Of a stretch of 64,000 bases of DNA, positions 38,689-50,672 are shown piece by piece. Made by a program: the position numbers and the translations under genes. The notes under the pieces are model-generated. The model was given only the letters and a program-made list of their open reading frames with translations. It made no database searches and was not told the origin of the DNA. The stretch comes from an uncultured Gemmatimonadales bacterium. Lineage in GTDB: Bacteria; Gemmatimonadota; Gemmatimonadetes; Gemmatimonadales; GWC2-71-9. The first letter of the stretch is position 1; the number at the start of each line of letters is the position of its first letter. The stretch is taken from the NCBI GenBank assembly GCA_963728915.1, contig CAVSLV010000001.1, positions 1,184,001 to 1,248,000 on the forward strand. Reading direction: 5' to 3'.

Positions 38689-40107
38689 TCACCCGCCGCC
38701 GGGGAGTCCCTTCCCGCCCGGGATGCCCAGCTCGGTCATCGCCCGAAGATCCAGAACCTCGTCGAGCTCCTTGCCCTGGAGAATCTGCTTCCGGGTGACC
38801 AGCTCCTTCACCGTGAGACCGGTTGCAATCGCTTCCTTGGCCAGGCTGGCGGCCTCGGCGTAGCCGATCTTGGGGGCGAGTGCGGTGACCAGGGCCGGGC
38901 TCCGCTCCAGCCAATACCCGCACTGCGCGGCATCGGCCTGGATCCCCCGGACGCAACGCTGATCGAAGGCGCGAATCGCGTTCGCAAGGATCATCAACCC
39001 GAACACCATGTTGTGGGTGATGACCGGCATCATCACGTTGAGCTCGAGCTGTCCTGCTTCCGAGGCAAGCGCCACCGTCTGATCCAGCCCGAGCACCTGG
39101 AAACAGACCTGATTGACCATTTCCGCCATGGAGGGATTCACCTTGCCGGGCATGATGCTCGATCCCGGCTGCACCGCCGGGAGGAGCAGCTCGGCGAGCC
39201 CGGTGCGGGGACCCGACGCGAGCAGGCGGATGTCGTTGGCGATCTTGTTGAGGTCGAGGGTCAGGCTCCGGACCGCTCCGCTCATGGTCGCAATGTCGCC
39301 CATCGACTGCATCAGCTGGACCAGGTCCTTTCCTTCCCGGAGCACCAGGCCGGAAATAGCCTGGAGGTGGTCCACCATGCGGCGGGGATACTCCGGCTCC
39401 GCGTTGAGCCCGGTCCCGACCGCGGTGCCCCCGATGTTCATGTCCCGGAGCCACTCCGCGGCCTCGGCCAGCTTGGCGCGATGGCGGGTTAGGGTGCCGG
39501 CCCAGGCGGCGAATTCCTGTCCCATCCGGATCGGGGTGGCATCCTGGAGATGGGTCCGGCCCGACTTGATGATCGCATCAAACTCACGGCCCTTGGCGGC
39601 GAGGGACTTCGCGATCCCATCCAGCGCATCCAGCAGAACCGGGAGGGTCGCCAGGGTCGCCAGCCGCATCGCCGTGGGGATCACGTCGTTGGTGCTCTGG
39701 GCCATGTTCACATGGTCGTTGGGATGGATCGGGGTGTAGCTGCCCCGGCTGCCTCCCAGGAGCTCGTTGGCGCGATTGGCCAGGACTTCGTTGCAATTCA
39801 TGTTGTGACTGGTGCCGGCGCCCGCCTGATAGACGTCGACCACGAACTGGTCGCGGTGCTGCCCGCCCAGCACCTCGTCGGCGGCCCGGACGATGGCGTC
39901 GGCCAGGTGCACCGGGAGTCGACCCGTGTCGCGATGGGTCAGCGCGGCGGCTTTCTTGATCCAGATGACCGCGTCCACGAAGGCGGGAAGCGGGCGGAGC
40001 CCGGAAATCGGGAAATTCTCCACCGCCCGCAGGGTCTGAATCCCATAGAGGGCTTCGGCGGCCACCTGCTTTTCGCCGAGCGGGTCTTTTTCGGTCCGAT
40101 ACGTCAT
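38689..40107 (-). CDS. aspA: Aspartate ammonia-lyase (fumarase/aspartase superfamily)
   Basis: QAGAGTSHNMN, HPNDHVN.AQSTND, GRTHLQDA, GSSIMPGKVNP. Class II fumarase is not excluded. Confidence 0.8.
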   Translation of the reverse strand: MTYRTEKDPLGEKQVAAEALYGIQTLRAVENFPISGLRPLPAFVDAVIWIKKAAALTHRDTGRLPVHLADAIVRAADEVLGGQHRDQFVVDVYQAGAGTSHNMNCNEVLANRANELLGGSRGSYTPIHPNDHVNMAQSTNDVIPTAMRLATLATLPVLLDALDGIAKSLAAKGREFDAIIKSGRTHLQDATPIRMGQEFAAWAGTLTRHRAKLAEAAEWLRDMNIGGTAVGTGLNAEPEYPRRMVDHLQAISGLVLREGKDLVQLMQSMGDIATMSGAVRSLTLDLNKIANDIRLLASGPRTGLAELLLPAVQPGSSIMPGKVNPSMAEMVNQVCFQVLGLDQTVALASEAGQLELNVMMPVITHNMVFGLMILANAIRAFDQRCVRGIQADAAQCGYWLERSPALVTALAPKIGYAEAASLAKEAIATGLTVKELVTRKQILQGKELDEVLDLRAMTELGIPGGKGLPGGG

Positions 40108-40182
40108 GTCGAAGGATTCACCATGGTGGCAGACGGCGGAATTCTACGTCATCCTCCGCGCGAAGGCGAGCGAACCCGCGGG

Positions 40183-40821
40183 TCAGGAAAGCCCGACGAG
40201 GAACGGATTAGTCCGACGTTCCTCGCCGATCGTCGTGGGGGGGCCGTGGCCCGGATACACGACCACGTCGTCCGGCAAGGAAAGCAGCTCCCGCCGGATG
40301 CTCTCGAGCAGGGTCGCGTGATTCCCGCCGGGAAGGTCGCTGCGTCCGATCGAGCCCCGAAACAGCAGATCCCCGCTGAGCACCGCTCCCGGTACCACGA
40401 AGCACACGTGGCCCGGGGTATGACCCGGGGCGTGGCGAACTTCCACCGGGACGGAACCGATCGAGAGCTCGTCCCGGTCGGCGAGCAGCCGGTCGGGCGG
40501 AGGCGGAGGGGGGCAGCGCATCCCGAACAGGATCCCCTGGTCGGGGAGGCCCTGATAGAGCGGCAGCTCTTCCCGGTGGAGCAGAATGGGCGCGCCGGTC
40601 ACCGCGTGAATCGCGGCAACGCCTGTGATGTGGTCGAGATGGGCGTGGGTCAGCCAGATGCCACTGATGGTGCGATTCCGCCGCTTCGCCTCGGCCAGAA
40701 ACCGATCGGCTTCCTCTCCCGGATCGACCAGAACGGTGTCGGGGTGACCGGGATCGTAGGCCAGGTAGCAGTTCTCCGCGAACCCGCCGTTGGGAATCGC
40801 GATGATCTCGAGCGTGGACAC
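40183..40821 (-). CDS. MBL-fold metallohydrolase (YcbL/GloC-like)
   Basis: THAHLDH, PGHTPG, GDLLF.GSIGRSD, PGHG..TTIGEE...NPF. Confidence 0.92.
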   Translation of the reverse strand: MSTLEIIAIPNGGFAENCYLAYDPGHPDTVLVDPGEEADRFLAEAKRRNRTISGIWLTHAHLDHITGVAAIHAVTGAPILLHREELPLYQGLPDQGILFGMRCPPPPPPDRLLADRDELSIGSVPVEVRHAPGHTPGHVCFVVPGAVLSGDLLFRGSIGRSDLPGGNHATLLESIRRELLSLPDDVVVYPGHGPPTTIGEERRTNPFLVGLS

Positions 40822-40827
40822 CAGCGG

Positions 40828-41784
40828 TCAGGCCGCGCCGGCGATCAGGTGGCTCTTACGCTCGGCGAGGTACTTCTCGACCGCGATGGCCGCGGTGGTG
40901 GCATCGCCGACGGCGGTGGTGACCTGGCGGGTGAGCTGAACCCGGAGATCGCCCGCGGCGAAAAGCCCCGGAATCGAGGTCATCATCCGATCGTCGGTCT
41001 GGAGGTAGCCGGCGGCATCGTGGGCGACGTGGTCGCGCACCAGCCAGCTGTTGGGCTTGAACCCGATGAAGACGAAGCAACCGGAGGCCTCGAGCCGGGA
41101 CCGCGCCCCGGTGACGGTGTGCTCCAGCTCCAGGTGTCGAAGCCCGGATTCGTTCCCCGCGAGCTCGAGCACCCGGGTGTTCCAGCTGACCTCGATCTTC
41201 GGATTCTGGAAAGCGCGCTCCTGGAGGAGTTTCGAGGCGCGGAATTCATCGCGCCGATGAATCAGGAAGACCCGGGAGGCATAGCGGGTCAGGTAGTCGG
41301 CTTCCTCGACCGCGGCGTCGCCGCCCCCCACCACCGCGACGCGCTCGCCCCGGAAGAAAGCGCCATCACACACCGCGCAGTAGGAAACTCCCTTGCCGGC
41401 ATACTCGAGCTCGCCGGGAATGCCCAACTTGGTAGGCGTGCCTCCCGCGGTCAGGATCACCGTCGGGGCGCGATACTCGGTGCCCGAGCTCGTGGTGACC
41501 AGGAAGGTCCCGTCACCCTGCCGCAAGATGCCCTCCACATTCTCCATCCGAATGTCCGCGCCGAAAGCCTGGGCGTGCTCGGTCATCTTGCTCGCGAGGT
41601 CCGGGCCCAGGATGCTCAGGAAGCCTGGATAGTCCTCCACCTTTTCGGTGTTGAGGAGCTCTCCGCCGGGGACTCCACGTTCGAGCACCACCGTCTTCAG
41701 CATACCCCGCCCGGCGTACATTGCCGCACACAGGCCCGCGGGCCCGGCGCCCACGATGAGGACTTCGAATTGTTCGGTGGCCAT
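40828..41784 (-). CDS. trxB: Thioredoxin-disulfide reductase
   Basis: GAGPAG, GVSYCAVCDG, GGGDAAVEEA, HRRDEFRAS, FAAGD. Confidence 0.95.
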   Translation of the reverse strand: MATEQFEVLIVGAGPAGLCAAMYAGRGMLKTVVLERGVPGGELLNTEKVEDYPGFLSILGPDLASKMTEHAQAFGADIRMENVEGILRQGDGTFLVTTSSGTEYRAPTVILTAGGTPTKLGIPGELEYAGKGVSYCAVCDGAFFRGERVAVVGGGDAAVEEADYLTRYASRVFLIHRRDEFRASKLLQERAFQNPKIEVSWNTRVLELAGNESGLRHLELEHTVTGARSRLEASGCFVFIGFKPNSWLVRDHVAHDAAGYLQTDDRMMTSIPGLFAAGDLRVQLTRQVTTAVGDATTAAIAVEKYLAERKSHLIAGAA

Positions 41785-41840
41785 GGGGAGAAATGTAAGT
41801 CGCCGGAAGACGGTGGGTAGTTACCGCGCCGGGTCGCTCG

Positions 41841-42659
41841 TCAGCGCAATCCCTCGAGCCATTCGGCCGGGACCTCCTGCGATCCGATCATGGCGTGGCT
41901 CGATTCGGGATCGTCATCGCCGTGCCAGTCGCTCCCGCCGGTACGTCGCAGACCTAACTCGGTGGCCAGCTGGCCGATTCGCCGCCGCATGTCCTCCGAG
42001 TGCGCCGGATGGCGGACTTCGACAGCGTCGAGTCCTTGTTCCTTGAGGGCCGCCAGGGTCGCCCGGTTGGCGCGGTCCCGGAGATGAGCCGCGGAAACAA
42101 TGCCGCCAACCCGATGGGCGAGGTCGGCCACCTCGTGGAAGGCGGGCAACCGTTTCTCCACATAGGCCGGCCGGCCTTTGGCGAGCCACTGATGAAAGGC
42201 GTCATCAACGGTTGCCACCTTGCCGAGCCGGACCAGGGCTCTCGCCAGGTGAGGGCGGCCCATGGCGGCGTCGCCGGTCTCGCGCGCCAGATCCTCGAAC
42301 GAAACATCCACGCCCCAGGCCTGCAATCCCTCGACCATCGCCCGGCCCCGGCGAACCCGGTCCTCGCGGCAGCGCCGGAGAAACGTTTCGAGGTCGTCCT
42401 GGTGGACTGGCAGGAAATACCCCAGGACATGCATCTCACCCCAGGGCGCCGCGGTGGAGAACTCGCATCCAACGACGATGCGGACGCCGAGTTGGTCGCC
42501 TGCCTGCATGGCTTCAGGCACGCCGGCCACCGTGTCATGATCGGTGAGCGCAATCGCCTGGAGGCCGAGTCCCGCCGCCCTGGACACGACCACCCCCGGC
42601 GGCAGGATGCCGTCGGACGCGGTGGAATGCAGATGAAGGTCGATGAAGGCGGACTGAAT
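41841..42659 (-). CDS. PHP domain phosphoesterase (TrpH/YciV-like)
   Basis: IDLHLHSTASDG lies upstream of the track start; ALTDHDT, GCEFS, HVLGY, GRPHLARAL, GGSDWHG. Start inferred at ATT 42659 or CTG 42662. Confidence 0.88.
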   Translation of the reverse strand: MQSAFIDLHLHSTASDGILPPGVVVSRAAGLGLQAIALTDHDTVAGVPEAMQAGDQLGVRIVVGCEFSTAAPWGEMHVLGYFLPVHQDDLETFLRRCREDRVRRGRAMVEGLQAWGVDVSFEDLARETGDAAMGRPHLARALVRLGKVATVDDAFHQWLAKGRPAYVEKRLPAFHEVADLAHRVGGIVSAAHLRDRANRATLAALKEQGLDAVEVRHPAHSEDMRRRIGQLATELGLRRTGGSDWHGDDDPESSHAMIGSQEVPAEWLEGLR

Positions 42660-42925
42660 CAGCGCCGGTACCCCAGCTCGGCCGACGTCCAGGACGGTTG
42701 GGAGACCCGGAACAGCTCGATCAGGTCGGCGTCGCTCATTCGAGAGAGCGAAAGCTCCCGGCTCTTGGCGCCGAGCGGCGAATAGCGCACGATCCGGTCG
42801 GGCCCCGATCCCGAAGGCAGCCGGGAAAAGCGGAGCGAGAACTCGTCTTTTTCATACTGCGTGGTCCGGCCGGAAGGAAAAACCGACCAGCGCTCTCCAT
42901 CAATGTCGAGAACCCGATGTGGCAT
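42659..42925 (-). CDS. Small hypothetical protein (88 aa)
   Basis: MPHRVLDIDGERWSVFPSGR...TSAELGYRR; coupled to both neighbours and protein-like in composition. Confidence 0.75.
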   Translation of the reverse strand: MPHRVLDIDGERWSVFPSGRTTQYEKDEFSLRFSRLPSGSGPDRIVRYSPLGAKSRELSLSRMSDADLIELFRVSQPSWTSAELGYRR

Positions 42926-44322
42926 CAGGCCAGCTCCTCCGGTTGTTGCTCGAGCGATTGCCTCAGATCGGCGAGGAAGCGATCGGCATCCGCCCCATCG
43001 ACGATGCGGTGGTCGAAGGAAAGCGCCAGCATCCCCATGGTCCGGATCCCGATCGCGTCGCTTCCATCGGACCCGGTGACGACGGCGGGTTGTTTCCCGA
43101 TCGCTCCGACCGCGAGAATCGCGGACTGGGGCTGATTGATGACCGGCAGACCGACGAAGGTCCCGAACACGCCGGGGTTGGTGATGGTGAAGGTTCCCTT
43201 CTGCACTTCGTCGGGTGAGAGCTTCTTGGTGCGGGCCCGGTCGGCCAGGTCGTTGATGGCGCGGGCAATGCCGAGCAGGTTCAGCTCGTCGGCCCGACGG
43301 ATGACCGGAACGATCAATCCCCACTCCATCGCGACGGCAATGCCGAGGTTGATCTCGCCGCGATACACGGTGGCCTCTCCCATCACCGCGGCGTTGAGGA
43401 CCCGGTGACGCCGGAGGGTTCGCGCCGTCGCCGCCGCAATGAACGCGAGATAGGTGAGATTCACGCCCCGGTCGGAAAACTCGCCTTTCCATTGCGACCT
43501 GAGCCCGGCGATCCGGGTGTAATCCACCTCGATGAGGCTCTGCACGTGAGCCGAAACCCGCCGCGACATGATCATGTGATCGGCGGTCAGCTTGCGGATC
43601 CGAGACCAGGGCTCGACCTGATCGTTTTCCCAGGGCTCGACCACGGGACCCGGAACGACCCGCGTCCCCGCTCCCACGCTCAGATCGGACGCCGAACCCC
43701 GGGGTGGAGCGGAGGCCTGGCCGCCGGGGTGAGGGGCTTCGAGGTGGGAGAGGAGATCCGACTTGGTGACCCTCCCGGCCAGGCCGGTGCCTTCGACCGA
43801 GGCAAGGTCGATGTTGTGCTCCGCGGCGATCCGCCGAACCAGCGGAGTGGATCGGGTTCGGAGCCGGTCCTCCATGCTGTCGGGCTCGGCGGCCGGAGCG
43901 GGGGACGTTGCGGCGGGCTTCTCCAGAGGAGTCGGCGCCGGTGGGGGAGCAGCGGGTATCGGGGGGGTCGCCTTCGGGGCGGCTGGTCCGGACGGCGGAC
44001 CAGCCTTGACTGCCTCCGCTTTGGGTGCTCCCGCGGGCTTCGGCGGTGCCGCGGCCGGCGCGGACGAGGCAGCTCCAGCCCCGTCGGTTTCGAGCCGGGC
44101 CACCACGGTTTGCACCGCGACGGTCTGTCCTTCCTGGACCAGAATTTCGGCAAGGACACCAGCCTGGGGCGCCGGGATCTCCGCGTCCACTTTGTCGGTG
44201 GAGATCTCGAACATCGGTTCATCCCGTTTGACGGGCTCGCCGACTCTCTTGAGCCATTTCGACAAGGTGCCCTCGGCGATGGATTCGCCCATCTGGGGCA
44301 TGACGACGTCAATCCTTGCCAT
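42925..44322 (-). CDS. 2-oxoacid dehydrogenase E2 dihydrolipoamide acyltransferase (SucB/DlaT-like)
   Basis: Lipoyl EISTDKVDAE, Pro/Ala linker, E3-binding GTGLAGRVTKSD, catalytic DHRIVDG. Confidence 0.93.
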   Translation of the reverse strand: MARIDVVMPQMGESIAEGTLSKWLKRVGEPVKRDEPMFEISTDKVDAEIPAPQAGVLAEILVQEGQTVAVQTVVARLETDGAGAASSAPAAAPPKPAGAPKAEAVKAGPPSGPAAPKATPPIPAAPPPAPTPLEKPAATSPAPAAEPDSMEDRLRTRSTPLVRRIAAEHNIDLASVEGTGLAGRVTKSDLLSHLEAPHPGGQASAPPRGSASDLSVGAGTRVVPGPVVEPWENDQVEPWSRIRKLTADHMIMSRRVSAHVQSLIEVDYTRIAGLRSQWKGEFSDRGVNLTYLAFIAAATARTLRRHRVLNAAVMGEATVYRGEINLGIAVAMEWGLIVPVIRRADELNLLGIARAINDLADRARTKKLSPDEVQKGTFTITNPGVFGTFVGLPVINQPQSAILAVGAIGKQPAVVTGSDGSDAIGIRTMGMLALSFDHRIVDGADADRFLADLRQSLEQQPEELA

Positions 44323-44334
44323 GCAACGCTCCCA

Positions 44335-46812
<2,478 letters not shown>

Positions 46813-46868
46813 CGGCCAGGGGCTCCGGAAGGTGTGAGAGTTGGATTGGATGCGGGCCAAAACTAGTC

Positions 46869-46930
46869 GGAAGGATGGGAGGATGGGAGGATGGGAGGCC
46901 CTTCCTATCCTCCTATCCTCCTATCCTCCT
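46869..46930. repeat. Octamer-tandem palindrome: GGGAGGAT x3-4 followed by ATCCTCCT x3
   Basis: GGAAGGAT GGGAGGAT GGGAGGAT GGGAGG cc CTTCCT ATCCTCCT ATCCTCCT ATCCTCCT; CTAG on both flanks. Confidence 0.88.
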
Positions 46931-47669
46931 AGACATGCTCCATCAGCAGCTCCAGTTTCTTCCTCAAGTCACCTAGCTGCTTCGACTTGAAAGCCGTCTT
47001 GGTCTGCTCCAGCACCTCGATGGTTTCCTGCACCGCCTGATGGAGCTGGGCGCCCCGGGGACAATTCATCAGCTGACAGGGATGCCCGTTGACCGGTTGA
47101 CCGGCCAGGGCCCGCCCCAATTGATCGAGGTCGGTGAGAGAGGCCATGACATTCCGGAGCGTCAGGGACAGGAACACGTCCACCGCCGGGGCCGACCCCG
47201 AGGCCGATGACTTGAACGGGGCGAGGTTTTCAAACTCCCGGCGCCAGTCCCGCAGCCGGCGCTCCGCGCTCTCGATGGCGCGATAGGACCGGAACCGTTT
47301 CACCGCACTGTCCACCCGGCTCAGCAGCTCGGGAAAGAGCACCGGCTTGACCAGGTAGGAGGCCACCGGAAGCTCGATGCAGGCGATGGCGGAGCGGGTC
47401 GAGGGATATCCGGTGATGATGATGATGGGCAGCCCGCCGCTGGTCTCCGCAATCCGCCGCACCAGCTGGAGGTCGGAGTTGCCGGGCATTTCCAGGTCGG
47501 TGATCAGGAGATCGAATTCCGCCTGCGAGGCCCGCTCTTCGGCCTGGAAACCGTCGGAGACGGTCTCGCATTCGTACCCCTCCCGGCGGAGCAGTTCCGC
47601 GGTGGAGGAAAGGAACGTTTCTTCGTCGTCGGCCAGCAGGATCCGGCCGCGGCTGGTTGGTTCATTCAT
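46929..47669 (-). CDS. Response regulator: receiver plus unrecognised helical output domain
   Basis: ILLADDE, ITDLEMPG, IITGY, YLVKP; no HTH or enzyme output recognised. Confidence 0.88.
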   Translation of the reverse strand: MNEPTSRGRILLADDEETFLSSTAELLRREGYECETVSDGFQAEERASQAEFDLLITDLEMPGNSDLQLVRRIAETSGGLPIIIITGYPSTRSAIACIELPVASYLVKPVLFPELLSRVDSAVKRFRSYRAIESAERRLRDWRREFENLAPFKSSASGSAPAVDVFLSLTLRNVMASLTDLDQLGRALAGQPVNGHPCQLMNCPRGAQLHQAVQETIEVLEQTKTAFKSKQLGDLRKKLELLMEHV

Positions 47670-50595
47670 GGTTGCTCGATCCGCGAATAGGCATTCGAAC
47701 GACAAACTCGGTCCCGCCCTCCGGGGGGTCGACGATCTCGACGGTGCCGCCGATCGCGGTGACCGAGCGATGGACCAGGGAAAGTCCGATTCCCATGCCA
47801 CTCATGCCGGTGTCTCTTCCTTTCGTGCTGACGAAAGGCCGAAACAGCATCGGGCGGACTTCGGGGGGTATGCCGGGACCCTGGTCACGCACCCGGAGCT
47901 CGAATGTGCCATTACTCGACTGCGCCGTCACGGTCACCGTTCCTCCCGGTGGGGATGCTTCGACCGCGTTCTGGACCAGATTGTACACCGACTGGCGAAC
48001 GACCGATTCGGGAATGGGCACTTCGGCGGGCACCCGATCGAGCTCGGAGCGGATGGTGACCCGGGCCGGACGGTTCACCTGGCTGAGCAGAGCCACCGCA
48101 TCGCCGATCAGGGTTCGGACCCCGGCAGACCCGCTTCCCTCGACCTCGGGCCGGTAGGTCTCGTAGAGCTGGCGGGTGACGCTCGCGATCCGCCCGATCT
48201 CCCGCTCCATGGCCCCCACATACCCCGCGTGCGGATGGGTCGGGGGGATCGCATCTCTCAGCAGCAGAAATGAATTCTGGATGCCGGCCAGGGGATTGTT
48301 GATCTCGTGGGCAACCCGTGCGGCCAGCCGCCCCATGGTGCTCAGGGTTTCCACCTCGCGAAGCTGTGCCTCGGCGCGGCGCGCCACCGTAATGTCGCGA
48401 CCCTCCGCCAGAAGCTGGGTGACGGTTCCGGATCGGTCCACGATCGGCTTGATGGAAAAGTCGTAGACCAGCCGGCCATCGGAGCCGGCGTCCTCCACCT
48501 CGGCTTCGAACGTAACCAGTAGTCCGGCGCCGGCGCGCTCCACTGCCCTGGCGACCCGTTCCCGGGCCGGATCCTCCTCGGCCCACCAGGTTTCCGCGAA
48601 CGGCTTGCCCGCGATGGTGAAGAGCGAGGCGCCCTGGTCTCGTCTCGCCAGCGCGGCCCCGTTGGCCTCCAGCACGCAGCCCTCGCGGTCGAGCAGGACC
48701 TGGAAGTGGTGCGCGCTGTCGAAAATGGCGCGGAAGCGACGTTCACTGCTCTCCCGCTCCTGATCAATGCGCTGGCGCTCGGTGACATCGCCGCTCACCC
48801 CCAGCATCCGGACCGGTGCCCCATCGGCGGTACGTTCATTGATGTGTCCCCGATCGACCAGCCACCCCCACTCGCCCGAATCTTTTCGCAATCGGTACTG
48901 AGCCTCAAAAGCGGGGGTCAGACCCTGGAGGTGGGCCCGGAGCAGGGCGAGGACCCGCTGGCGATCGTCGGGATGGATCAGCTCGGTCCAGTCGCCCTCC
49001 CGAATCTCCTGACCGTTCCCACTGTGCCGGATGGCGGGGGGACGGTCGTTGACGGCAAGCTCCCAGGCCCAGGCCCGGTCCATGGAGCGGCCCAGGACGA
49101 GGCGCAGGCGAGCCTCTTCGGCGGTGGCTGCATTGCTCTGGAGGGTCCTGCCGAGCTGGAGCGCGAGGGCGAGCAGGGCGCTCAGAACCAAGCCGAACGC
49201 GAGAAGAAGATTCGGCACTCCGCTTTCCAACCGTTTCCGGAGCTCGGCCGCGGGCCAGACCCGGAGCTCCCAGGTCATATCGCCGAAACCGACCAGGGAA
49301 CGATCAACCAGATTGGTCTCATCGGGCAGCGGGGACCGATCCCCACTGAGCGAGCGGCCCCGCCACATCACCGCGCGGTGAAACCCGTCGAGCGAGTCCG
49401 CGAACAGCTCGTGCAGCATCTCATCCACCCGAATCATGCCCACCACGGTCCCGTGACATCGCATCAGATCACACGCGGGAATGGCCGTGGCCACTCCGCG
49501 AGAGGAGTCGGCCAGCGCGAAATGCCACACCGAATCCGCGGCCGTCGTGCCCGACCGTTGCAGCATTCCCAGCTGGAGAGCGAGCTGAGCCCGAATCACC
49601 GGGGCTTCGAGGGTGTCATCCGGTACCAGCGTAATCCGCCCGGCAGGGGGAACCCAGGCCACCCCGGCGAGACCGACCTCGTCCCGGGTGAGGTTGCGAG
49701 CGAACCAGGCCCATTCCTGGGTGCCGGCCACGCCGGGCTGGGACATCCCGGCGATTCTCCAGAGGGCCAGGTTGATGCGGCCCATCGATTCCTGAAGCCG
49801 GTCGCCGGCCGCCCTGGCGACACTTCGCAGCAGGGCGGCGTAATCGTCCCGCTGCGTCTGCACCAGGGTGCGCCAGACGAAGAGCACCGCGACGAGGCTC
49901 GCGAGTCCTACCGCCGGCGGCACCCAGGCCGGGAACATTCTGGGCACCCAGACCTGGTTCCAGGCCAGCGAGGTGAGTGCGATGCCCATGACCAGAAGGC
50001 CGATCGCCATTTGGGGAGACGCCCCGGCAAGGCGACCGAACTGGACCTCCGGCGAGAGCCCGAAGACCTGTCCCAGCAGCACCGCGAGATTGAGCGCCAC
50101 CAGAATCGAGCCGGCCAGTCCGACGGCAAAAGCTCCGGACTTCTCGGGGCGGAACTGGGTAATGCAGAGAATCAGGGCGGTGCCGGCCAGCAGGAGCCCG
50201 ACCCCGCCGGCAAGGGGGAGGATCTCCTGAGAGAGGAGGCCGCTGGCGCCCAGCACACGGGGGAGAAACCCGGTGGGAAGAAAGCCGAGGTCGATCCCGG
50301 CGAGTTGCAGCAGCGAGAGATAGGCCAGAACGACTGCAGGGAGCGCGGCGAGAAACGCCAGACGCCGCCTCCGATAGAGCAGCGCGAGGGCAGCGATGCC
50401 GAGGCTCAGCAGGCTGACCGCGCCGGCGGGTCGGAACGGAGGCCGGCTGGTCACCGGCTGGATCAATGCCCTGATGCCCGTGATCCAGCCCACGACCCCG
50501 CTGGCGCCGATCCCGACCAGGATCCATCCGGGGTAGGCCCACACGTTTCGGGCTCGCAGCAGCCGTGAGGCGAGATCAGTGGGAAAGAGTCGCAT
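47662..50595 (-). CDS. Membrane sensor histidine kinase (multi-TM, extracytoplasmic CHASE-like region, 2 PAS/PAC, HisKA, HATPase)
   Basis: About 7 N-terminal TMs, IHPDDR PAS, AHEINNPL H-box, NLVQNAVEA, DQGPGI, PFVSTK, GMGIGL. Confidence 0.93.
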   Translation of the reverse strand: MRLFPTDLASRLLRARNVWAYPGWILVGIGASGVVGWITGIRALIQPVTSRPPFRPAGAVSLLSLGIAALALLYRRRRLAFLAALPAVVLAYLSLLQLAGIDLGFLPTGFLPRVLGASGLLSQEILPLAGGVGLLLAGTALILCITQFRPEKSGAFAVGLAGSILVALNLAVLLGQVFGLSPEVQFGRLAGASPQMAIGLLVMGIALTSLAWNQVWVPRMFPAWVPPAVGLASLVAVLFVWRTLVQTQRDDYAALLRSVARAAGDRLQESMGRINLALWRIAGMSQPGVAGTQEWAWFARNLTRDEVGLAGVAWVPPAGRITLVPDDTLEAPVIRAQLALQLGMLQRSGTTAADSVWHFALADSSRGVATAIPACDLMRCHGTVVGMIRVDEMLHELFADSLDGFHRAVMWRGRSLSGDRSPLPDETNLVDRSLVGFGDMTWELRVWPAAELRKRLESGVPNLLLAFGLVLSALLALALQLGRTLQSNAATAEEARLRLVLGRSMDRAWAWELAVNDRPPAIRHSGNGQEIREGDWTELIHPDDRQRVLALLRAHLQGLTPAFEAQYRLRKDSGEWGWLVDRGHINERTADGAPVRMLGVSGDVTERQRIDQERESSERRFRAIFDSAHHFQVLLDREGCVLEANGAALARRDQGASLFTIAGKPFAETWWAEEDPARERVARAVERAGAGLLVTFEAEVEDAGSDGRLVYDFSIKPIVDRSGTVTQLLAEGRDITVARRAEAQLREVETLSTMGRLAARVAHEINNPLAGIQNSFLLLRDAIPPTHPHAGYVGAMEREIGRIASVTRQLYETYRPEVEGSGSAGVRTLIGDAVALLSQVNRPARVTIRSELDRVPAEVPIPESVVRQSVYNLVQNAVEASPPGGTVTVTAQSSNGTFELRVRDQGPGIPPEVRPMLFRPFVSTKGRDTGMSGMGIGLSLVHRSVTAIGGTVEIVDPPEGGTEFVVRMPIRGSSNHE

Positions 50596-50630
50596 GGTCC
50601 GTTCGAGCCCTGTCGCGCCAGCCTGGCCGG

Positions 50631-50672
50631 AAAAAGTAAAGGCACGAGCCGGCCCCGGGCCTCTCGTGCCTT
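50631..50672 (-). terminator. Intrinsic-terminator-like hairpin in the 5' leader of the kinase
   Basis: Perfect 10-bp stem AAGGCACGAG/CTCGTGCCTT followed on the minus strand by TACTTTTT. Confidence 0.6.

Noticed and set aside
43880..44090. Low-complexity GC-rich repeats in the E2 gene
   Set aside because: This is the ordinary Pro/Ala linker of dihydrolipoamide acyltransferases.
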